In this document: piece by piece, positions 17,497-25,756 of the stretch
Position numbering within the stretch: position 1 is the first letter of the stretch
Layout of the letters: the number at the start of each line of letters is the position of its first letter
IMG/VR virus record: IMGVR_UViG_3300005613_000061
Span: 1 to 63,788 of that record
Origin: a virus
Lineage: Duplodnaviria; Caudoviricetes
Length of the DNA stretch: 63,788 nt
Strand: one strand, 5' to 3'
Made by a program: the position numbers and the translations under genes
The notes under the pieces: model-generated
The model's database searches: none
What the model was told of the DNA's origin: nothing
Seen by the model: only the letters and a program-made list of their open reading frames with translations

Positions 17497-18564
17497 ATGA
17501 AAAAGTTACCATACGTTTTGATTAGTTTAGTACTTTGTATGATAATGAGTATAAGTTGTATAAAATCGGCGGAGGCGTTTTGGTTTTTTCCGACACAGTA
17601 CGATAAGAGTCAAGATACGAAAATAACTAAAAACGAAACGGATATAGCACAAATAGAAAGCAGAGTTGCCGAAAATCGTCTTGGAACGGGGAGCGAAAAT
17701 ACAACCGCACCATACGGGTATAATGATTATATTCCAGAAAACGGGTTTAAGAATTATATTCATAATGAAGGTTATTCCAAGATATACGACTATAAGCCGA
17801 ATAATGTAAATACTACGGCAGTGGGTTATTACGGGAAAGCGGGCAATCCCGATAGTTACGATGTAGATTATGTATTAACAGAGGAATATAATAAATACAG
17901 TAGTCAAATGCAAGATGTACGTATAGACATAAATAAGAATAATATAGATATAAATAAAGTTAACATACGTACTAATAAAAAAGCCATAGCAAAAGAAGTA
18001 ATACAACGTGTTAAGGCGGATAAAAAGTTGAATAAAAGAGTAACTACAGTTGACAAAAGTAGTAGACGACGAGATAAAATACTTAACAAAAAAATTATTA
18101 AAAACGTTGGAAATATATTAATAAATAAAAATAACATTACGGATAATTCAAATCGTATTAATTCCAATTTATATACATTACAAAATCACGAAGGACGTAT
18201 CAGTACAAACGAGGGGAATATATCGAATAATACGAGTCGCATAGCCGGATTAGAAAACAAAGTTGATGAGTTAGAAGAAACCGCAGTAGGGATACACGCA
18301 GAAGTTGATTTATATGATAGTCGTTATTTTAAAATAGGAGCATATGCTACCTCTGATATACGACACGGACGATTAGATAGCGTTATGGGAAAGATTACAT
18401 TAAAGCCATTTAAAAGTTATGAGTTAAAGAGATTAGAAAGATTAGAGAAACAATTAGCTATGTACATTGATATGGATGAATGTAACTCATTAGAATATAA
18501 AGAGTTAGAGTTAATAGAAACAAGAAATCCTGATGGAACGATAACTATTAGTACAAAAAAATAA
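17497..18564 (+). CDS. exported coiled-coil protein, trimeric autotransporter adhesin-like
   Basis: signal peptide ending AEA; N/I-rich heptads (NKNNIDIN, NSNRINSN, NTSRIAGLENKV) followed by amphipathic beta-strands. Confidence 0.55.
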   Translation: MKKLPYVLISLVLCMIMSISCIKSAEAFWFFPTQYDKSQDTKITKNETDIAQIESRVAENRLGTGSENTTAPYGYNDYIPENGFKNYIHNEGYSKIYDYKPNNVNTTAVGYYGKAGNPDSYDVDYVLTEEYNKYSSQMQDVRIDINKNNIDINKVNIRTNKKAIAKEVIQRVKADKKLNKRVTTVDKSSRRRDKILNKKIIKNVGNILINKNNITDNSNRINSNLYTLQNHEGRISTNEGNISNNTSRIAGLENKVDELEETAVGIHAEVDLYDSRYFKIGAYATSDIRHGRLDSVMGKITLKPFKSYELKRLERLEKQLAMYIDMDECNSLEYKELELIETRNPDGTITISTKK

Positions 18565-18605
18565 AGTAGTGTAAGAAACAGGGTATAATAGTATAAGGAG
18601 ATAAT

Positions 18606-18827
18606 ATGTCTATAAATGAAGATGTTACATATTATGGATTTAAGCCGCAAAAAGATATATCGACGGTATTAGTTGCAGAAATGGTAGCTCAGCTTATACG
18701 TACAGCGCAAATTATTTTTCCTGAAAGTATGGTTAGCAAATTGCCAGAGGAAGACCAAAAACATTTTATTAAATTAAAAGTACAGAAACGTAGAATTATA
18801 ACACCAAACAAGGACATAGTAAAATGA
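18606..18827 (+). CDS. hypothetical protein
   Basis: AGGGTATAAT plus AAGGAG RBS. Confidence 0.65.
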   Translation: MSINEDVTYYGFKPQKDISTVLVAEMVAQLIRTAQIIFPESMVSKLPEEDQKHFIKLKVQKRRIITPNKDIVK

Positions 18828-18985
18828 AATGTAAAGTATGTTTAGCACTAGGAGTAAAAAAGATTAAAGAAGCGATAATATTTAATCATGTAGGAATTGG
18901 ATTCTGCAGCGAGGAACATAGAGCATTAGACTATGCCGGTATAAAGAAACCAAAACGATATAGTAGAGGTCGTAGAGGACGATAA
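18824..18985 (+). CDS. small Cys-containing protein (MKCKVC...FCSEEH)
   Basis: hand-translated, ATGA overlap. Confidence 0.5.
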   Translation: MKCKVCLALGVKKIKEAIIFNHVGIGFCSEEHRALDYAGIKKPKRYSRGRRGR

Positions 18986-19151
18986 AATGGTAAAAGTGAT
19001 TTTTGTGGACAATACTGATACTTTATATGAAGAAAAGAGAGTAGGATTTTTTAATCCGGAAATTTTTTAAATGAACCTGTTAATCTTAGTAGAGTAAAGA
19101 AAAAGTTTGATATGATAATAAATATTAAGGAAGTAAGGGAGATACTATTTG

Positions 19152-19661
19152 ATGAATAATAATGACAATTCAAAACCGGCATTTATAATGTCACTGAATG
19201 ACTATATACGTATTATAGAACTTGCTGAAAAACACGGTAAAAAGCCCGGTGACAGTATGGAAGAGGAGTTTTTTCAAGTACTTCAAGAGAAGGGGAACAA
19301 TATTAAATTACTGGGTGATGCTACGGACCCAGAAATACTTAAGGCGAACTTAAGAGAACATGGTATAGGGGTAGGAAAAGATAAGCTAGATGTACTGGAC
19401 TTACGAAAGAAGAAATATAAAAAGACAGACAATGTTTTAACTCCAGACGAGTACAGATTAATATTAGAGAAAATTACAGAACAGATATATAAAGGATTGC
19501 CCATAAAGTCTATAGATACTAGAATGGATTTAATAAAAGGAGTTGTCACAAAAATTACTCTGAATTTCACAGGACAAGCTCAGATGATATTTGACGGAGA
19601 CGCCATAGCCAAGACAAATAACAAATTTTATAATGTCATTATTGATTATTTAAACAAGTAA
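19152..19661 (+). CDS. hypothetical protein upstream of terminase
   Basis: ORF with AGGGAG RBS; no clear TerS signature. Confidence 0.6.
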   Translation: MNNNDNSKPAFIMSLNDYIRIIELAEKHGKKPGDSMEEEFFQVLQEKGNNIKLLGDATDPEILKANLREHGIGVGKDKLDVLDLRKKKYKKTDNVLTPDEYRLILEKITEQIYKGLPIKSIDTRMDLIKGVVTKITLNFTGQAQMIFDGDAIAKTNNKFYNVIIDYLNK

Positions 19662-19711
19662 AACAAAAGGAGATATGTAGATTCTTTAACGTAAAGGACA
19701 ATAAATCACAT

Positions 19712-21424
19712 ATGTATTTTCTAGGTAAATCAGCAAAAGGCAAATTAACCAACTGGTCTAAACGTAACAGTATGTTCGAGCAACTTCCTGTAGTACCGGA
19801 AGTCTTTTTTAAGGATTGGCTAAAACCGACATTGAGTGAAGAACAGTTAAAAGCCGTCCGAAGTGTTTTCCAAAACGATGATAGAGGATTACAGTGGAGT
19901 AATAAGTATCAAGAATATTTACTACTTTGGGGAGAAGGCGGCGGAAAAGATTTTATATGCGCTCGAATACTGACATACTGCGCATACTGGTTAATGTGCT
20001 TAAAAAATCCACAAGCATATTTTAATTTAGCCGACACAGAGCCCATAGACTTAGTTAATGTATCTTTAAGCGGGCGTCATGCAAAAAATGTATTTTTTTA
20101 TAAATTTAAAAATGCTCTACGAGGAGTAAAAAATCCAGAAACAGGAAAAAACTGGTTCAAGGAACAGGGAATGGATTTACGAGATGGAAAAGATGTGCAA
20201 ACCATTAGTGTAGAGTTCCCAAAAAGAATAAGAGCGCACAGTTTAAACAGTCAGACCTACGGAGGAGAAGGATTAAACGTATTACTTGCCATATTTGATG
20301 AAGTGGCAGAATTTAGAGTAGAAGATGCAAAAAAATTATACGAGGCTTTAACAAATACAGCTACATCCAGATATGGAGATGACATCTTTAAGATATTTTT
20401 AATATCGTATATGAGACATGAAAACGATTATATGATGCATAGATGGGAGAAAACCAAGAATAATTCAAATGTGTATCGAAGTTGTAAAGCTACATGGGAG
20501 GTAAATCCACGAAAGACCAAAGAGGAATTTAAAAAAGTATATGAGATTAATCCAGAAGATAGCGCAAGACGATACGAGAATAAGGATTTAAAACACAATC
20601 TAAATAAGTTTTTTAAATTTCCCAAACGTATTGATGAACGAGTTAATAAAAAAAGAAGTAGCCCATTTTTGGACAATGTATTATATACAGAGGATTTGAA
20701 TACGTTAAGTTTAGCCGACTGGTTTAAACCTAGAACTACAGAAGAATTATGGAAATTACACAGTAATAGAAAAAAAGGTTTAACAGATGCCGAACAAGCT
20801 AGAAAAACTATATTAGAACATCAACACAGTGGAGCGGTGTATAATGTGCATATTGACTTAGCAAAAGCCAACGTGGAGAACAAAAACGACTGCGCCGGAA
20901 TCGCAATGGCGCATAAGTTTTTATGTAATCCGTACGCAGAAGAAGACGAAGAATTACTGTATGGAGCCTATATAGATTTTATGATACAATTACGAAGTAA
21001 GACCGAACTTAATTTTGAAAATATAAGAAAATTTATTTATAAATTGGTTGCACTAGGTTTTCAGATAGACAAAGTTACGCTAGATGGTTGGAACTCTGTA
21101 GATTTTTGTCAATTATTAAAGCAAAAAGGCATAGGTACAGAGATATTGTCTGTAGATAGAAAACGAGACCCGTACGTTACGTTAAAAAGTTTGTTATATA
21201 CTGGACGACTAGATTATTACACATATAAAATATTTTTACGAGAGTTACACGATTTAGAGGACATTAACGATAAAATAGACCACCCTAAAGTAAGTCGAGC
21301 CAGAGCGATAGACGAAGGAACGGATAGAGGCTCAAAAGACGTTGCAGATGCGGTGGCAGGCGCAGCATTCGGCGCTATAAGCAATTCTAAAAATTCAGAC
21401 TCTATTTGGCTTCCGGGCTTTTAG
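19712..21424 (+). CDS. terL: terminase large subunit
   Basis: Walker A LWGEGGGKDF, Walker B AIFDEVAEF, RNase H-like HIDLA...TLDGWNS...KIDHP...SKDVADA. Confidence 0.93.
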   Translation: MYFLGKSAKGKLTNWSKRNSMFEQLPVVPEVFFKDWLKPTLSEEQLKAVRSVFQNDDRGLQWSNKYQEYLLLWGEGGGKDFICARILTYCAYWLMCLKNPQAYFNLADTEPIDLVNVSLSGRHAKNVFFYKFKNALRGVKNPETGKNWFKEQGMDLRDGKDVQTISVEFPKRIRAHSLNSQTYGGEGLNVLLAIFDEVAEFRVEDAKKLYEALTNTATSRYGDDIFKIFLISYMRHENDYMMHRWEKTKNNSNVYRSCKATWEVNPRKTKEEFKKVYEINPEDSARRYENKDLKHNLNKFFKFPKRIDERVNKKRSSPFLDNVLYTEDLNTLSLADWFKPRTTEELWKLHSNRKKGLTDAEQARKTILEHQHSGAVYNVHIDLAKANVENKNDCAGIAMAHKFLCNPYAEEDEELLYGAYIDFMIQLRSKTELNFENIRKFIYKLVALGFQIDKVTLDGWNSVDFCQLLKQKGIGTEILSVDRKRDPYVTLKSLLYTGRLDYYTYKIFLRELHDLEDINDKIDHPKVSRARAIDEGTDRGSKDVADAVAGAAFGAISNSKNSDSIWLPGF

Positions 21425-21446
21425 ACGACGATAGAAAGAGGAAATT

Positions 21447-21725
21447 ATGGGCATGACCAAGAAAGAGCGACAAGGATTAAAACGATTGGTACATATTACT
21501 AATATAGTAAAATACACTCTCGGTTTACCTCTCTTAATAATAGTAACGTGTGTATTTATATACAAAATAATTAAAGAAACACTTAAGTTATTTATTGATA
21601 TAACGTTACGACCAGAAAATATAAAATCTGACATACAACGAGTCTCCGAACTTAAAGAAGGTCTTAATATTTTATGGGCCACAAACAAATTAAACGAAGA
21701 ACGTAACGAAATAAAGGATAACTAG
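21447..21725 (+). CDS. small membrane protein
   Basis: one TM helix LGLPLLIIVTCVFIY. Confidence 0.55.
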   Translation: MGMTKKERQGLKRLVHITNIVKYTLGLPLLIIVTCVFIYKIIKETLKLFIDITLRPENIKSDIQRVSELKEGLNILWATNKLNEERNEIKDN

Positions 21726-21726
21726 C

Positions 21727-23148
21727 ATGAAAAAATGGCGAGATTTGTTAAATGGTAATAAAGAACAGAAAGAAAATGATAATTTTTTAGAGATTCACGA
21801 CCCCAATAAACCACCCTCACAGCGTTTAATAGAGAAATCCAGTAAAGGTTATATAGATGAAGCCTGTACGTGGACTGTAAGTTCTAATTCAAAGTACGTA
21901 GAACGAGATATACGAGTCACGGGAGCGGACGAAGAAGATTTATGGGACAAATATGTTTTCAATGCTTGGGTACGTGCCTGCGTTGATAAAATTATAAAAG
22001 AAGTAGTACGTTATAAAGTAGTTGCTTCTCCAACGCCGGAAAAAATGGATGACTCTCAGACTCAAAAACGAGCGGAAGAAGTACAAGCCTTGTTGAATAA
22101 TCCCAACGAAAATATAGAAAGTTTTGACGATATACGAAGAAAGTATTTAAGAGATATTCTAGTTTATGATGGCGGAGCATTAGAAATCGTATATGGTCAA
22201 AATAGACCAGTTGAAATTTACGATGTTAAAGGTAGCGATATTCGTCTGAATATAGACAAGCATGGTGATTTTAAAAATCCAGAAAATTCAGCATATAAAT
22301 TAATTAGCCCCCGTGATTATACAAAAACACTTGCAGAATGGGGAGTAAAAGAATTAATTTATTTTGTAGCTAATCCAGTAAGTGGAAGCGTATATGGTCT
22401 AAGCCCTATTGAAACATTGTGGGACGCTATTGAGAACGACGATGAGGCGGTAGAGTATAATAAAAGATTGTTGAAACATAGCGGAGTCATAAGCGGCGTA
22501 TTAGCCTTTCCGGGAATGCCAGCACCATTGTTAAAGAAAAATCAACGTTATTGGCAAGAAGAGTTACGTAAGAAAGTGCAAAAGTTAATTGTAACAAATA
22601 ACGGAGATGCAAAATTTACTAAAATGGGCGCCTCTCAGCAAGAGATGCAGTTTTTAGAGTATCAAAAATGGCTTTTAAATAAAATTATGGCAGTTTACGG
22701 ATTACAGCCGATTGTTATGGGTATAGTAGATAGTACCACTGGAAAATTAAATAGTTCAGAGCAGAGAGAACAATTTAAACAAGATGCAGTATTGCCATTA
22801 TTAAAGTTAGAGACTCATAGATTGACCGATGTACTTGTACGACAGGGTTTTGAATTTGAAGACGTAGTAATTAAGTTTGTAGAACCGGCCAGTGTTGATG
22901 AAGAATTTGATTTAGAAAAAACAAAAGTAGGCTGCGAATACGGATTTATTACAGTAAACGAAGCACGAGCCTTTACTAATCTGCCTCCACTAAAAGATAA
23001 AAATGGAAAATTGGCTCCAGAAGGTTTGGAATTAGTTAGCCCTCAAGTAAGTAAATATATGAAAGAAATGACAGAGAAAAATAAAACCGAAGACGAGATA
23101 GCCGCAGTCAAAGGCGAAATTCTACGTCTATTGGAGGAAGAACAATAA
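21727..23148 (+). CDS. portal protein (HK97-like)
   Basis: follows TerL; YGLSPIE, EMQFLEY, ITVNEAR motifs. Confidence 0.92.
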   Translation: MKKWRDLLNGNKEQKENDNFLEIHDPNKPPSQRLIEKSSKGYIDEACTWTVSSNSKYVERDIRVTGADEEDLWDKYVFNAWVRACVDKIIKEVVRYKVVASPTPEKMDDSQTQKRAEEVQALLNNPNENIESFDDIRRKYLRDILVYDGGALEIVYGQNRPVEIYDVKGSDIRLNIDKHGDFKNPENSAYKLISPRDYTKTLAEWGVKELIYFVANPVSGSVYGLSPIETLWDAIENDDEAVEYNKRLLKHSGVISGVLAFPGMPAPLLKKNQRYWQEELRKKVQKLIVTNNGDAKFTKMGASQQEMQFLEYQKWLLNKIMAVYGLQPIVMGIVDSTTGKLNSSEQREQFKQDAVLPLLKLETHRLTDVLVRQGFEFEDVVIKFVEPASVDEEFDLEKTKVGCEYGFITVNEARAFTNLPPLKDKNGKLAPEGLELVSPQVSKYMKEMTEKNKTEDEIAAVKGEILRLLEEEQ

Positions 23149-23309
23149 TGATAACTAATGAACAAATATTACAAGAAATACAAACTTTACATACTCTATT
23201 TGAAATTTTAAAAGTAGAGTATCCAATATGGTATGCATCTTTACGAGTCCCAGCTTTAGAATTAGAGCGAAGGGCCAAAAAATTAATAGGAGATATGAAC
23301 AATGGCTAG
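23148..23309 (+). CDS. small hypothetical protein (MITNEQILQEIQ...)
   Basis: hand-translated, TAATG coupling, GGAGG RBS. Confidence 0.5.
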   Translation: MITNEQILQEIQTLHTLFEILKVEYPIWYASLRVPALELERRAKKLIGDMNNG

Positions 23310-25302
23310 TGAAATATATACTTTTGATACTCCGGGCGATTTTACTTACGATAGCGACAAGATAGAAGTTAGCGGAGGTTTAGCGAAATTAAAAGATTTA
23401 ACTCCCGCAGACGAAACTTTTTATGCTAGTTATAACGTTGATATAAATGGTAGTCGTGGTTTAGGCGTATTAACGGGAACAGCATATGGCGGAGCGACAG
23501 TTGATAGCGAAAAATTGGATTTAGCACATAATGATAGTAGATACGTAGATTACGATGCTGACTTAAATGCAGATAGTCAGCAAATTGGATGCATTAGATT
23601 TAAGGTCACCCCGAATTATACGGGCGCACCTTCTAGTGATAGATGGTTTTTTGCTATTTGTAAACAAAACAATAGTAAAAATAATTTAATACAATTAAGA
23701 CATTCCAAGTCTGGAGCGTATTTAAGACTTCATGTTTATGATAAAGATGGTGTTTTTGTAGTAGAGCATTTATGTGGACAATTTTTACCTACCGCAGATA
23801 CCGAATACGAAATTGAACTAAACTGGGATTTTACTACAGGTGCAACGAGAGTATTTGTTAACGGCGTACAAAATGGCTCTACGTGTACTAATACTTGTTT
23901 ACGAGATTCCGACATAGGTCTTTTTAGAATTGGAAATGACTATGATAAAGACGCAATCTCTGATTTTAAAATAGATTATTTTCAGGTTTTTTCTACAGTA
24001 CAACATACTACGGATTATACACCAGTAGCAATTCCAGAAACCATTTATTCCACAGATAAACCGACGATAAATCCGACGAGTTTATTAAATGCCCCGGATT
24101 TGTATTTATGGGACGAATTTACAGAAGTAGAAGGCGGAGGAAACGCCGGAACTTTGGCATATCAACTTTCAGATAACGGCACAGATTGGAAATACTGGAA
24201 TGGGAGCATATGGGCTGCCGTAGTAGGGGACAATTATAATTCTGCAAGTGTAGTTAGTGCTAATATAGCAAGTTTTCCAACCTCCGAAAAAAAGTTAATG
24301 TTTAAAGCCATTTTAATAAGTGACGGAGAACAAAAAGTAGAATTAGATACTATAACAATTATTTATGATAATGAGACTCCGCCAAATGTATACGCAGGAG
24401 CCGACAAAGATTGTTTAAAAGATGAAACATTTAAACCATTTTCTGACGCTGTAGTTTCAGATGTGGACGGCGATATTGAAAATGCTACTGCTTGGTACGA
24501 TATAGAAGGAAGCGGATATATACAAATTCCAAAAGGTGGCTACGGAACTTTACAAGATGCAATACGAAATTTTCAATATCAATATACAAATTTAGGAACT
24601 ATAACCAGTTCTTTAAAAATTATAGATGAACAAAGTAGAGAGACGTCCGACAATTTAGATGTTACAGTTAGTAATGTAACAGTTACATTTAATGTACGTG
24701 ATAATAACGGAAATCATCTTGCTAGTGTAGATTTTGTGGCAGGAGACGGCACACCTTCGCAGTCAAAAAGTTCGCCATTTACATATGATTACCCGCACAC
24801 AGACACATATTTTACAGCGACTTTTAATAAGACAGGATATAGCGAAGCGACAGCACAAGTAACTTCTACAGAACATGTGGAAAATATAGTTATGGCAAGT
24901 GAGATGACAGTTAGTTACCCTATAACAATAGAGATAGACGGCATTTCGAGTTCTTTGGGAGGAACCTTAGAAAATATTGTAAAAGGCGACTCTATAGATT
25001 TTACATGTACAGTAACAGATACAGATATTTCAGGATGGAAAATACGTTGTGAGATTTACGATAATGACGGCAATTCTATAAAGTTAGCAACCGCCAATAG
25101 TGGAGGAAGTGACGACCAAATAGAAATAACGGACTCAAGCGAAGGAGAATTTACAGTACATGTAGACAAAGAAGAAACCACAGACTTTAAAGATACGGCA
25201 AGAATAGAGATAGAATTTGAATTGACTGCCGAAAAATTAATAACAGGTTATCAGAGTATTATAGCTTTTAAAAGAGAACGAATAGAATGGGAAACACCCT
25301 AA
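23302..25302 (+). CDS. virion-associated multidomain protein (LamG/ConA lectin, Ig/PKD-like, BppU-like C-terminus)
   Basis: TRVFVNGVQ...FRIGND...FKIDYFQVF LamG pattern; PNVYAGAD PKD-like; IVKGDSIDFTCTV...GEFTVHV C-terminal domain; no signal peptide. Confidence 0.65.
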   Translation: MASEIYTFDTPGDFTYDSDKIEVSGGLAKLKDLTPADETFYASYNVDINGSRGLGVLTGTAYGGATVDSEKLDLAHNDSRYVDYDADLNADSQQIGCIRFKVTPNYTGAPSSDRWFFAICKQNNSKNNLIQLRHSKSGAYLRLHVYDKDGVFVVEHLCGQFLPTADTEYEIELNWDFTTGATRVFVNGVQNGSTCTNTCLRDSDIGLFRIGNDYDKDAISDFKIDYFQVFSTVQHTTDYTPVAIPETIYSTDKPTINPTSLLNAPDLYLWDEFTEVEGGGNAGTLAYQLSDNGTDWKYWNGSIWAAVVGDNYNSASVVSANIASFPTSEKKLMFKAILISDGEQKVELDTITIIYDNETPPNVYAGADKDCLKDETFKPFSDAVVSDVDGDIENATAWYDIEGSGYIQIPKGGYGTLQDAIRNFQYQYTNLGTITSSLKIIDEQSRETSDNLDVTVSNVTVTFNVRDNNGNHLASVDFVAGDGTPSQSKSSPFTYDYPHTDTYFTATFNKTGYSEATAQVTSTEHVENIVMASEMTVSYPITIEIDGISSSLGGTLENIVKGDSIDFTCTVTDTDISGWKIRCEIYDNDGNSIKLATANSGGSDDQIEITDSSEGEFTVHVDKEETTDFKDTARIEIEFELTAEKLITGYQSIIAFKRERIEWETP

Positions 25303-25327
25303 AACTTAAATAAAAGGAGAATAACAA

Positions 25328-25729
25328 ATGAAGACATCTAAAATTTTAGTAAGTATGTTAGTAGTAATAATGCTTTTTACGAGTACAGCCTTTGCGGTTA
25401 ATTATCAGTATCGTACTTCAGAGATTAGACCGACAGTCGAGGCGCCGTTTCAGGATTACGTAGTAGATACGGTAAGTGCTACAAATGCGGCATACGTGGA
25501 AGCAAGTTTAACTTTAACAGGAATATATGCAAATTTTGTAAGATTATTAAATGACAGTAATTATGATGCGTTAGTAAAATTAAATGACGACGACGCATTT
25601 ACACTACAGGCAGGATTTACTATGTCAGTAGCTTTTGATGGCATTACAAGCGTAAAAATTACATCCAAAACGGCAGATACTGCAGTCGTAGAAGTCTCTG
25701 TTTGGGGACGTACAGATATTGACGTTTAA
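25328..25729 (+). CDS. signal-peptide-bearing beta-rich protein, head spike base/decoration-like
   Basis: MKTSKILVSMLVVIMLFTSTAFA signal; VRLLND...TLQAG jelly-roll-like pattern. Confidence 0.55.
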   Translation: MKTSKILVSMLVVIMLFTSTAFAVNYQYRTSEIRPTVEAPFQDYVVDTVSATNAAYVEASLTLTGIYANFVRLLNDSNYDALVKLNDDDAFTLQAGFTMSVAFDGITSVKITSKTADTAVVEVSVWGRTDIDV

Positions 25730-25756
25730 CAAATTATATAAGGAGAAAAGGACATT

